Source of the DNA: an uncultured Bacteroides sp.
Lineage (GTDB): Bacteria > Bacteroidota > Bacteroidia > Bacteroidales > SM23-62
Direction: 5' to 3'
Length of the DNA: 49,404 nt
Assembly (NCBI GenBank): GCA_964477295.1
Contig: CAYZEZ010000001.1
Span: forward strand, 1 to 49,404
The position numbers were made by a program, and so were the translations under genes. Each line of letters opens with the position of its first letter. Position 1 is the stretch's first letter. The notes beneath the pieces are model-generated. The model was not told the origin of the DNA. It saw only the letters and a list, made by a program, of their open reading frames with translations, and made no database searches. Of the stretch, positions 26,723 through 35,719 are shown one piece after another.

Positions 26723-28207
26723 TTATCTGAACAGCGATTCTTCCTTCATCAGGTCTTCGATATCTTCAACCGTTTTCGGCGCAGGTGCGGAAAGCACCTT
26801 ATTCCCATTGTCAGTAATGAGCACATCATCTTCGATCCGGACGCCAATATTAATGTATTTCTGATATACAGGAGTTACCTCTTCCAGAAAGGTTTCAAGC
26901 TCTTTTTTGCCGACATTCATGTAACGGGCTAACTCCGGCAGCATCTTAAGCCCATCCGGGTGGATATAGATCCCTGGTTCGACGGTCAGGATCATTCCGG
27001 GTTTTAATTCACGGCCCTTGGTTTTAGGATCAAACATCGACTTTCTCCAGCCCTGAGCGCTGCCAAAGCCGTAATCCCCTACATCATGCACGTCCAGTCC
27101 AATCCAATGGCTTATAGGGTAAAGAATGTAAATGCTTTTTTGCCAGGTACTGGTTTTGTCAGTGATGAGTCCCAGGTCGTACAATCCATCCACAATGGTG
27201 GCCGTGGAGGCATGGTGCCCTTCCTGAACCCCCTTCCCCGGTTTCAACTCGCTGATGGCAGCTTCCTGGCCTTTTAATACAAGCTCGTATATCTCCCGTT
27301 GCTCTTTTGAAAATACTCCATTTACCGGTATTGTCCTGGTTACATCGGCTGTATACATGCCATATTCGGCTCCGATATCCATCAGCAACAGATCACCGTC
27401 TTCCATTTTCCTGTTATTCTGCTCGTAATGAAGCACTGTTGAATTTGGTCCGCTACCGCAGATCGAACTGAAGCCTGGCCGTGGGGCACCGTTCCTGCGA
27501 TAAAAATATTCGATAATAGCTTCAATTTCAAATTCAAACATACCAGGTTCACAGGCTTTATAAGCTTCACGGTGAGATTCACAGGTTATCTGAATAGCCT
27601 TATCCAGTAGTTCAATTTCTTCAGGGCATTTGATTACACGCATCTCGTTTATGAAGGGCCCCAGGTCTTCAATCTTAATCTCAGACAATTCAGGATCTTT
27701 TTCAATGATGTTATTTATCTGCCTGGTTAATTCCTCGTCCTTAATATCGGTATAGATCTTTTTAAAATGATCGCTACCATTTTTCAGAATGAACGATAAT
27801 TTACCTGGGATTTCATAGGCAGAATAAACCTGGTCTGCTCCGTAAATGGTTTTAGCTCCTTCAATCCCGGTTTGTTTGCCTGTCCACATCGAAGCAATCG
27901 GATTTTCAGGCACAACAAGCAGGGAAAATGGATTTTCAGATTCAGGATCAAGGACCAGGAATGCATCCGGCTCAGCCAATCCCGTTAAATAATAAAAATT
28001 ATTAGCTGGCCGGTATTGTAACCGTTCAGAGTGACCTGCACTTCCTGAGGCGAGGATTACCACACCATCATCGATGGTACCCAGTAACTCTGACCTTCTT
28101 TCAGCATAAATCTTTAGCCATGCGTCAGATGGCGTTTCGCGACCTGCCGGTGGGGTGAGCAGAAGAAGGATAACCGGAAAGATAAAGCTATGGATGATCA
28201 TATGCAT
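26723..28207 (-). CDS. pepP: Xaa-Pro aminopeptidase (M24B, aminopeptidase P type), secreted
   Basis: The N-domain NFYYLTG is present. The metal-ligand contexts are LLLMDIGAEYGMYTADVTRT, HWIGLDVHD, TVEPGIY and VRIEDDVLIT. Confidence 0.85.
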   Translation of the reverse strand: MHMIIHSFIFPVILLLLTPPAGRETPSDAWLKIYAERRSELLGTIDDGVVILASGSAGHSERLQYRPANNFYYLTGLAEPDAFLVLDPESENPFSLLVVPENPIASMWTGKQTGIEGAKTIYGADQVYSAYEIPGKLSFILKNGSDHFKKIYTDIKDEELTRQINNIIEKDPELSEIKIEDLGPFINEMRVIKCPEEIELLDKAIQITCESHREAYKACEPGMFEFEIEAIIEYFYRRNGAPRPGFSSICGSGPNSTVLHYEQNNRKMEDGDLLLMDIGAEYGMYTADVTRTIPVNGVFSKEQREIYELVLKGQEAAISELKPGKGVQEGHHASTATIVDGLYDLGLITDKTSTWQKSIYILYPISHWIGLDVHDVGDYGFGSAQGWRKSMFDPKTKGRELKPGMILTVEPGIYIHPDGLKMLPELARYMNVGKKELETFLEEVTPVYQKYINIGVRIEDDVLITDNGNKVLSAPAPKTVEDIEDLMKEESLFR

Positions 28208-28395
28208 GGCGGTTGTATGATTTGGTTAGAAACCTTTAAATTAATTCTTTTAGGCAAGAAAAGGGGTAACGCCTGCGTTATTTTGTCATGGCAGGATCAG
28301 GATTATAACCTTTGAAGTAATAATCTTTTTCCTTTCATATTCCATATTTTTTATATCTTTAACTACTTTAACTACAGGATACAAAACTTAGAATT

Positions 28396-29937
28396 ATGGC
28401 AAGTTTAAAGGTCACGCTTGGAATGTTTCCAACGACCAGCAAGATTGAATCTGAAGAAGAGGCATTGATAAAAGATTATAAGGAATTTAATGCTTATGCC
28501 GGCTCTGATGAACTGAAACGGTTTGAAGAACTTGATGGGATCGTTACAGGGAGTGAATTCGCCGAAAAGAAAAAAGCAATTAAATCACAAAAATTTAAAG
28601 ATACCGAAGAGTATAAAAAACTGCAGGAATTCAATGGGTTGAAAAAGGCCAAACACATCAAGAGTTATTACAAGACAAAGTCCTCGAAAGAACTTGAAGA
28701 GTATAAAAGACTTGACGGGTCGGATGAATTAAATAAGTATGAGAAACTTGCAGAATATGTTAATTCCCAGGAATTTGCCGAACAAAAAAACTCAAAAGAT
28801 TTTAAAGATTCTGAGGCTGCAAGGAAGGAGGAGGAGTTCAAAAATTTAAAAAATTCAGCTTCAATTAAAGGATATTTTAAGTTCAAATCTTCCCCCGGCC
28901 TTGAAAATTTCCAGCGGCTGGATGGTTCGGACGAGATAGCCAAGTATGAGGAACTGGAAAAATTTGTAGCAACCGATGAATTCAAACAGGTTAAAGATTA
29001 TATGGCCCTTAGTGGTCAGAAGAAATACGAACAATCGAAGGAATTTAAGCTGGAGGAAGAATACCTGGAATTAAAGAAATCTGAAAAGATCAACTGGTAC
29101 CTTAAACTCAAAAAGCAGAATAAATTCAACAAAGTCACCGATTGGGTTCTGACCTTTGAAGATGATTTCTCTGGCAGCAGCATCGATTCAAAAAAATGGA
29201 TGAACAGGTATTTCTGGGGAGAGATGTTGCTGAAAGACACCTATGCCTTACCCGGGGATCAACATTTTTATACTGATGGAAACAATGTGGAGCTGGGTGA
29301 CGATAAGCTGAAAATTATAACCAAACAAGAAACAGCAGAAGGAAAGATCTGGAATCCCGTAGCGGGATTTTTACAAAAAGAATTTAACTATACTTCGGGT
29401 TTATTAAGTACCGGGATGAGCTTCAGGCAAAAGTACGGTAAATTTAAGGTGAAGGTCAAATTTTCCAGTGCACCGGTCAGGCAAAGTGTGTTCATGGTAG
29501 CTGAAAAGATCCTGCCCCATATTGATGTTGTAAAAGTGGAAAAAGGCAAGGCTAATTTCGGTAATTTCTGGGGGAACATCGCCGAGAAGAACGGCGTAAA
29601 TAAGAAAGTAACCAAAAAAGGAGCTTCAAAATTCAGCAGCGATTTTTTCATCTATACCGTTGAATGGACACCTGAGAAGGTATCCTGGAAGATTAATGAC
29701 TTGGAAATAATGTCACAAACCGAGGGGATACCTGATGATCCGATGTACCTGGTGCTTAGTTCTGGTGTTACAGGTGATGTTGGTGGGAACCAGCTTCCTG
29801 CTTCAATGGAAGTCGACTGGGTACGAATATATAAAAGGGTCGAAAAGTCGGCAAGTCGCGAGTCTTCGATTCAGGAGCCTGCAATTGTTGAGCCCCCAAC
29901 TCCCGAACCTGAGAGTATGGAACCTGAAATGGAATAA
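28396..29937 (+). CDS. GH16-fold (concanavalin-like) protein with a degenerate catalytic motif and three N-terminal ~70-aa helical repeats
   Basis: The C-terminal half matches the GH16 framework (YTSGLLSTGMSFRQKYGKFKVKVKF, FIYTVEWTPEKVSWKIND, MEVDWVRIYK). The ExDxxE position reads PHIDVVK. No signal peptide is visible. Confidence 0.6.
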   Translation: MASLKVTLGMFPTTSKIESEEEALIKDYKEFNAYAGSDELKRFEELDGIVTGSEFAEKKKAIKSQKFKDTEEYKKLQEFNGLKKAKHIKSYYKTKSSKELEEYKRLDGSDELNKYEKLAEYVNSQEFAEQKNSKDFKDSEAARKEEEFKNLKNSASIKGYFKFKSSPGLENFQRLDGSDEIAKYEELEKFVATDEFKQVKDYMALSGQKKYEQSKEFKLEEEYLELKKSEKINWYLKLKKQNKFNKVTDWVLTFEDDFSGSSIDSKKWMNRYFWGEMLLKDTYALPGDQHFYTDGNNVELGDDKLKIITKQETAEGKIWNPVAGFLQKEFNYTSGLLSTGMSFRQKYGKFKVKVKFSSAPVRQSVFMVAEKILPHIDVVKVEKGKANFGNFWGNIAEKNGVNKKVTKKGASKFSSDFFIYTVEWTPEKVSWKINDLEIMSQTEGIPDDPMYLVLSSGVTGDVGGNQLPASMEVDWVRIYKRVEKSASRESSIQEPAIVEPPTPEPESMEPEME

Positions 29938-29956
29938 ATAAAACTTGACAAGCAGG

Positions 29957-29985
29957 GGGGCTGTCGCTTTGCGGCAGCCCCTTTT
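29957..29985. terminator. Bidirectional intrinsic terminator between convergent genes
   Basis: ggggctgtcg-ctttg-cggcagcccc is a 10-bp stem with one G-U pair. It is followed by tttt on the + strand and preceded by a run that gives U residues on the - strand. Confidence 0.8.
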
Positions 29986-29989
29986 GCAT

Positions 29990-32368
29990 TTATTCACTTC
30001 GCAGCGAATCTGCCGGGTTTAGCCGGCCAGCCCGGATAGTATGCAGTCCGACTGTAAGGATAGTCAGTACTATGGTAAGCAGGGATGCCAGTACGAAAGA
30101 GCTCCATTTAATTGGGGTACGGTACACAAATGATTCCAGCCAGCTGTCGGTGAAATACCAGGAGGCAACGGAGGCTAAAACTATAGCGATAAGCACCAGG
30201 ACCAGGAAGCTGCGCAACATCATCCAGATAATGTTATTTACATTAGCCCCATGCACTTTCCGTATACCGATCTCCTTGGTTCGCTGTTCAGTGATGAAGG
30301 AAGCAAGCCCAAACAGTCCCAGGGAGGCTATAATGATGGTAAGTATGGCAAAGAAGGTAAATACAATACCTCTTTTCTCATCTGCCTGGAACTGTTCATC
30401 AAAGGATTCTTCAAGGAACTGATATGTAAAAGGAGTTTGTGGGTATAATTCATTCCATTGATTTTCAATATATTGGATGGTCTCCGCCAATCCTTCCTTA
30501 TCCACTTTGATATACATAATATAACATTTCGGATAGTACATGAACATTAATGATTCCATTTCATTGTACATTCCAAAATGGTAATAGTCCTTTATGACTC
30601 CTACGACATATGAATAGACATTGGCTGTATCTCCACCAATTTGAACCCGTTTCCCGAGTGGCTCATCCCACTTCAGCCTTTTGGCCAGGGTCTCGTTAAT
30701 GATTACTGCCGTTGCCGTATCACCCGGAAAATCGAGAGAAAAATTCCTTCCTTCCAATAGGGTGATCCCTGCGGCAGGGATAAATTCATGATCAACGCGG
30801 AAGCTGTTTATACCCCTTTCTACCATACCGTCTTCCGTTTCTACCAGGTGGATCGACTTCCCGGAACCATTCCCTATGATGGAATTGGCTAATCCCACAT
30901 GATATATTTTGGGATTGGCCTGTAGTGCCTGTCTTAAGACTTCCTGGTTGTTCACCTGGTCCCTGGAGGTAAACCGCAGCAGGACAACATTTTCTTTATC
31001 AAATCCAAGATCTTTATTTTTCAGGTAGTTGAGCTGGTCAAAGACGATCCATGTACTGATTATCATAGCCGTTGATAATGTAAACTGGAAAATTACCAGC
31101 AGTTTTCTCACAGACAGGGTGGAACCGCTGATCCGCAGCTGTCCACGTAAAACCTCAGACGGGTTAAAAGCAGAAAGAAAAAAGGATGGATAACTCCCGC
31201 CTGCCAGGCCGGTAAAAAGTACCACTCCGAGAAGACTGAGAAGCACGGCAGGTTTAAGAAGGAAATCCATCGCGATATGTTTGCCTGATATATTATTGAA
31301 CTGTGGCAGGAAGAGGTAGATCAGGACAAGGCTCAGTATAAATGCAATCAGGGCAAGAATAACCGACTCGGATAAAAACTGCCTTATCAGGGCACCTCTT
31401 GAAGATCCGGCTACTTTTCGCATGCCCACCTCCTTTGACCGCTTGGTTGAACGGGCTGTGGCCAGGTTCATGTAATTGATGCTGGCTATAACCAGAAGAA
31501 GTACGGCGACAACAATGAAAATATAGACATAGTTCATGTTACCAACCTGCACCGGTTCACCCTCAAAATCGGAATGAAGGTGAATTTGCGTAATCGGCAC
31601 TACATCATATACAATGTTGATGCCCATCCTTTCAAATATCTCTGCCATATAGTTTTTATACATTTCGGGCAGTTTATTCTCAAAGGCGTCAGGATCCGTT
31701 CCTTCCTGCAAAAGAACATATGTATAGATATGAAAGGCTCCCCAGCTGCCAAAATCCTCGGGTAAGGTATTTCGGGAAATGAGGGCGCTGAAGGTGAAAT
31801 GTGTATTTTCCGGGATGTCTTCAATGAGTCCCGTGACTGTTAAGTTTTCATTATCCTCCCGTTTAAGACTTTTCCCGATTGGGCTTTCCTTGCCAAAATA
31901 TCTTTCGGCAAATGAACGGGTAACCACAATGCTGTTGGGGCCGGTCAGGGCAGTTACGGGATTTCCTTCGATAAAGGGATAGGTGAATATTTTGAAGAAC
32001 GTGGAATCTGCATACATCACCTCTTCTTCAAAAAGTTCAGTTTCTTCGTACTTATAGAGTTGTTTTCCTGACCCTATCAGCCGGGTTGATTCTTCCACTT
32101 CGGGATAATCCTGTTTGATCTGTGGTGCCAGGGGCACCTGTGTGACCGCCCAGTTGAAAGCATCGTCTGTTTCCTTGATGCGGGAACTGATCCGGCAGAT
32201 CCGGTCAGCGTTTTCATGATACTTGTCAAAACTAAGCTCATCATAAACATACAGGATGAGGAAAAGGCTTCCTGTAATTCCAATGGTGAGACCTAAAATG
32301 TTGATCAGGCTATAGGAACTGTCGCGGACAAGGTTCCGTATAGCAATTTTTAAAAGATTTTTAAACAT
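29990..32368 (-). CDS. FtsX/MacB-type ABC transporter permease (duplicated FtsX domains, no adjacent ATPase)
   Basis: The N-terminus is MFKNLLKIAIRNLVRDSSYSLINILGLTIG. There are two 4-TM FtsX modules, each preceded by a large periplasmic domain. KEIGIRKVHGA and KEVGMRKVAGS are the conserved amphipathic motifs. Confidence 0.85.
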   Translation of the reverse strand: MFKNLLKIAIRNLVRDSSYSLINILGLTIGITGSLFLILYVYDELSFDKYHENADRICRISSRIKETDDAFNWAVTQVPLAPQIKQDYPEVEESTRLIGSGKQLYKYEETELFEEEVMYADSTFFKIFTYPFIEGNPVTALTGPNSIVVTRSFAERYFGKESPIGKSLKREDNENLTVTGLIEDIPENTHFTFSALISRNTLPEDFGSWGAFHIYTYVLLQEGTDPDAFENKLPEMYKNYMAEIFERMGINIVYDVVPITQIHLHSDFEGEPVQVGNMNYVYIFIVVAVLLLVIASINYMNLATARSTKRSKEVGMRKVAGSSRGALIRQFLSESVILALIAFILSLVLIYLFLPQFNNISGKHIAMDFLLKPAVLLSLLGVVLFTGLAGGSYPSFFLSAFNPSEVLRGQLRISGSTLSVRKLLVIFQFTLSTAMIISTWIVFDQLNYLKNKDLGFDKENVVLLRFTSRDQVNNQEVLRQALQANPKIYHVGLANSIIGNGSGKSIHLVETEDGMVERGINSFRVDHEFIPAAGITLLEGRNFSLDFPGDTATAVIINETLAKRLKWDEPLGKRVQIGGDTANVYSYVVGVIKDYYHFGMYNEMESLMFMYYPKCYIMYIKVDKEGLAETIQYIENQWNELYPQTPFTYQFLEESFDEQFQADEKRGIVFTFFAILTIIIASLGLFGLASFITEQRTKEIGIRKVHGANVNNIIWMMLRSFLVLVLIAIVLASVASWYFTDSWLESFVYRTPIKWSSFVLASLLTIVLTILTVGLHTIRAGRLNPADSLRSE

Positions 32369-32471
32369 GCCGGATGAAGTTTATGAATGGTTGCGCCGAA
32401 TTAGTATTTTGTAATAGGTATTTCAAATATCTGTATTTTCGGTATGAATAGTTCAATTAAATCCTTAAAAA

Positions 32472-32651
32472 ATGTTAAAAAACATAAATAAAATCCAGAT
32501 TTACTCAAACTGTATTGTTCTGCTGGTATTTTCAGTGAACCAGATGGTAACAGCCCAGGAGCGGATAACCGGCAAATCCTTTGCAACCTGTTCGGAAGTG
32601 ATTGCCCGCAACGGCATGGCAGCTACCAGCCAGCCCCTGGAATTAATATAA
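32472..32651 (+). pseudogene. Remnant of a gamma-glutamyltransferase gene (signal peptide plus about 30 residues, then a stop)
   Basis: This 59-codon ORF falls below the track cutoff. It reads MLKNINKIQIYSNCIVLLVFSVNQMVTAQERITGKSFATCSEVIARNGMAATSQPLELI*. The ARNGM(V/A)A(T/S)xxPLA segment is the conserved start of mature GGT enzymes, which are about 550-600 aa long. Confidence 0.45.
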
Positions 32652-32751
32652 ATAAGGCCTGACATGATAGAAACCATTGCCTGTGAAGTCTAAATTTATT
32701 TTCTTTAATGCTTTAGATTTCAAGGGACTAATCGACAGGATTTATATTTAA

Positions 32752-34272
32752 ATGGCTCGGAAAGGAAGAAGGAGATACTGGCTTATTTTCTTTATAGGTG
32801 TTCTGGCGGCCGTTTTATTGTTGTTTACCGGGCAAAAGGCCGTGGTGTATACATCAACAGATGATTTCTGTGCAGCCTGTCATGTGCATCCCCAGGCCGA
32901 TAAATCATGGAAACGGTCTACTCATTACGACAACAAGCGGGGGATAGTGGTTCATTGTGTCGACTGCCACCTCCCCCCGCATGGAGAAGGGTATCTGGTT
33001 GAAAAAACGAAAACAGGCCTGCGTGATGTATACGGAAAACTTTTTAAGGATACAGACCGCATCAACTGGGAAGAGAAATCACGACCGGAAGCAGCCAGCC
33101 GGCATACATATGGAACTTCCTGTATCAAGTGCCACAAAAACCTGTTCCCTATCGGATTGAGCAAAGATGGGTCCGATGCCCACCTCTATTATTCTGAGCA
33201 CGAATCTGAACTGCATTGTATCAATTGCCACCTTCAGGTGGGTCATTATAATGAACATGCCATCCACGCCAAAAACGTTGATTTTGGAACGGTTGTCGGA
33301 TCCATCGATACCATCTACCAGGATGCCGCCACAATAACAGCCTTTAAAGATTTTACCGATTATATTCCGGGAACAGGTGTTCGTTTTGACATGATTTCCG
33401 TTCCGGGGGGGGCGTTCTTAATGGGTAGCCCCCCTGATGAGGTTTCAAGAAGGGAAGATGAAGGACCGGTTGTTGAGGTTGAGCTTGATTCATTTTTTAT
33501 GGGAAGAATAGAGGTTACCTGGACTGAATACCTGGCCTTTTTCTCTGCAACAGGCTCTGAAGGAAAGACAAGCGATGCCTACCTGAATGTAACCAATGAT
33601 CTTGCCCCGGATGCCATTTCCGGACCCACACCGCCATGGGGAGCTCCGGACCAGGGATGGGGGAAACAGGAATTCCCGGCCATTACAATGACGCCTCATG
33701 CAGCAGATGTATATTGCCAGTGGTTATCCAAAGTAACGGGGAAAAAGTACCGGTTACCAACCGAAGCCGAGTGGGAATATGCTGCAAGAGGGGGTACCTC
33801 AGGACCTTATTTTTTTGAGGGAGATCCGAATAAGTTTGAATCGAAGAAATATATTAAGAAGCAATTTGAATCAGATACGTCAGGAATTGTTAACTTTATT
33901 AATTATCGATTAAACAGCCGGGGAAGGACTGTTGACCCTGCCATGATGAAACCTAATCCGCTGGGGCTGGTCAATATGCTTGGTAATGTGGCAGAATTCT
34001 GCCAGGATTGGTACGACCCTGCTATATACGGAAAATATCCTGCTGGGATCAAAAATCCTGCCGGACCTGGAAGCGGTGAAGAATATGTTATCCGTGGTGG
34101 TTCATTCAGAAGTGCAGCAGGGGATGTCAGATGTGCCTCACGCGAGCATACCCAATCTGTGGCCTGGCTGAAAACAGATCCACAGATACCTAAAAGCATT
34201 TGGTGGTACTCAGATTGCATTCATGTTGGTTTCAGGGTTGTATGTGAATATGACAAAAATAAGGACAATTAA
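32752..34272 (+). CDS. Membrane-anchored tetraheme NapC/NirT-type cytochrome c fused to an FGE-sulfatase (SUMF1-like) domain
   Basis: The N-terminal TM segment is YWLIFFIGVLAAVLLLF. There are four CxxCH motifs (CAACH, CVDCH, CIKCH, CINCH) within the first ~165 aa. FGE-fold motifs follow: GGAFLMGS, FFMGRIEVTWTEYLAF, LPTEAEWEYAARGG, NPLGLVNMLGNVAEF, IRGGSF and VGFRVV. Confidence 0.8.
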   Translation: MARKGRRRYWLIFFIGVLAAVLLLFTGQKAVVYTSTDDFCAACHVHPQADKSWKRSTHYDNKRGIVVHCVDCHLPPHGEGYLVEKTKTGLRDVYGKLFKDTDRINWEEKSRPEAASRHTYGTSCIKCHKNLFPIGLSKDGSDAHLYYSEHESELHCINCHLQVGHYNEHAIHAKNVDFGTVVGSIDTIYQDAATITAFKDFTDYIPGTGVRFDMISVPGGAFLMGSPPDEVSRREDEGPVVEVELDSFFMGRIEVTWTEYLAFFSATGSEGKTSDAYLNVTNDLAPDAISGPTPPWGAPDQGWGKQEFPAITMTPHAADVYCQWLSKVTGKKYRLPTEAEWEYAARGGTSGPYFFEGDPNKFESKKYIKKQFESDTSGIVNFINYRLNSRGRTVDPAMMKPNPLGLVNMLGNVAEFCQDWYDPAIYGKYPAGIKNPAGPGSGEEYVIRGGSFRSAAGDVRCASREHTQSVAWLKTDPQIPKSIWWYSDCIHVGFRVVCEYDKNKDN

Positions 34273-34301
34273 TACTTGCAAAACCTAAATATCTTACCGT
34301 T

Positions 34302-35663
34302 ATGAAAAATGAGGATAAGGGCGTAAGCCGCAGAAAATTTCTGGAAAATACTGCTGTTATCGGTGCAGCTGTTGGTGCACTCGGAATGAGCAAACTGGTT
34401 TCTTCATGTACCAGTGAAACAAAACCTGTACAGGACCTTAACCTCCCACCCCTGCTTGACCAGGCCCCTGATGGAGAACTTATGAAGGCCGGACTGATAG
34501 GGTGTGGTGGTCGGGGTACAGGGGCAGCAATAAATTTTCTGGACGCCGGCCCCAACCTGACCATCTCAGCCATCGGTGATGTTTTTCAGGACAGGATAGA
34601 TAACTTCAGGTCTAAATTAAAAGAAGAAAAACAACTGGAGTTCGAAGATGACCATTGTTTTGTTGGATTTGATGCTTTTCAGAAAGTGATCGATACAGAT
34701 GTGGATATAATCATCCTGGCTACACCTCCCTATTTCCGTCCATCGCATTTTAAAGCGGCTATTGAGGCCCGCAAGCATGTATTCATGGAAAAACCAGTCG
34801 CTGTTGACCCGGTTGGTGTGCGTTCCATTATGAGCACTGCCAAACAGGCCGATACATTTGAATTGTGTGTGGTTACCGGAACCCAGAGGCACCACCAGAG
34901 AGATTACATCGATGTGTATAAACAAGTTATGGCCGGAACAATGGGTGATATTGTTGCTGCTAATGCTTACTGGAACCAGAGCAAACTATGGCATAAAAAC
35001 AACCAGCCCGGCTGGACAGAGATGGAATGGATGATACGCGACTGGGTAAACTGGACATGGTTGTCGGGAGATCATATTGTGGAACAGCATGTCCATAATA
35101 TCGATGTGATCAACTGGTTTACAGGTAAATACCCGGTTAAGGCGGTTGGATTCGGATCACGGCAACGCAGGCTTACCGGAGATCAGTACGACAACTTTAG
35201 TGTTGACTTCGTGTATGATGGTGAGGTGCATATGCATAGCATGTGCCGCCAGATAAATGATTGTGCCAATAATGTTTCAGAATATATAAGGGGGACAAAG
35301 GGTTACTGCAATTGCCGGAATACTATCTGGAATCCTGACGGATCTGTTCTGTTTGAATATGATTACCCGCTGGATGAGTCGGGTGAAAAAATGAAAAATG
35401 TTAAGATCAGCCCGTATGTTCAGGAACACATCCACCTGGTAACCGCTATCAGGACCGGACAACATGTGAATGAAGCAGAAAGAACAGCTAAGTCGGTCCT
35501 GACAGCTATCATGGGAAGAGAATCTGCTTATACTGGTAAAGAGGTTACCTGGGATGAAATAATGCAGTCAGACCTTGAGCTTGGCCCGAAAACAATCGCT
35601 TTTGGCCCGGTTGATATGGATAAGGCAGTACCCATCCCGGGAAGCGATCCACAGGAAGGTTAA
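34302..35663 (+). CDS. TAT-exported Gfo/Idh/MocA-family oxidoreductase (possible lipoprotein)
   Basis: The twin-arginine signal is SRRKFLENTAVIGAAVGALG...LVSSC. The Rossmann motif is GLIGCGGRGTGAA. EKPVA and the C-terminal alpha/beta domain are present. Confidence 0.85.
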   Translation: MKNEDKGVSRRKFLENTAVIGAAVGALGMSKLVSSCTSETKPVQDLNLPPLLDQAPDGELMKAGLIGCGGRGTGAAINFLDAGPNLTISAIGDVFQDRIDNFRSKLKEEKQLEFEDDHCFVGFDAFQKVIDTDVDIIILATPPYFRPSHFKAAIEARKHVFMEKPVAVDPVGVRSIMSTAKQADTFELCVVTGTQRHHQRDYIDVYKQVMAGTMGDIVAANAYWNQSKLWHKNNQPGWTEMEWMIRDWVNWTWLSGDHIVEQHVHNIDVINWFTGKYPVKAVGFGSRQRRLTGDQYDNFSVDFVYDGEVHMHSMCRQINDCANNVSEYIRGTKGYCNCRNTIWNPDGSVLFEYDYPLDESGEKMKNVKISPYVQEHIHLVTAIRTGQHVNEAERTAKSVLTAIMGRESAYTGKEVTWDEIMQSDLELGPKTIAFGPVDMDKAVPIPGSDPQEG

Positions 35664-35671
35664 GGATTGAG

Positions 35672-35719
35672 CTAGATTGACTATATTTTTGTTCAATTTA
35701 GTCAATTTAGTCAATCTAG
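35672..35719. terminator. Perfect 12-bp inverted repeat (ctagattgacta / tagtcaatctag) between convergent genes; the right arm is part of three tandem 9-mers YTAGTCAAT (35698-35724)
   Basis: Read directly from the sequence. The loop is about 24 nt. Alternative pairing registers are possible because the right arm is tandemly repeated. Confidence 0.6.

Noticed and set aside
32401-32586. 61-aa minus-strand ORF in the 32.4-32.75 kb gap
   Set aside because: It is antisense to the GGT-like stub, has no motifs and has no promoter-like box. It is most likely a shadow ORF.
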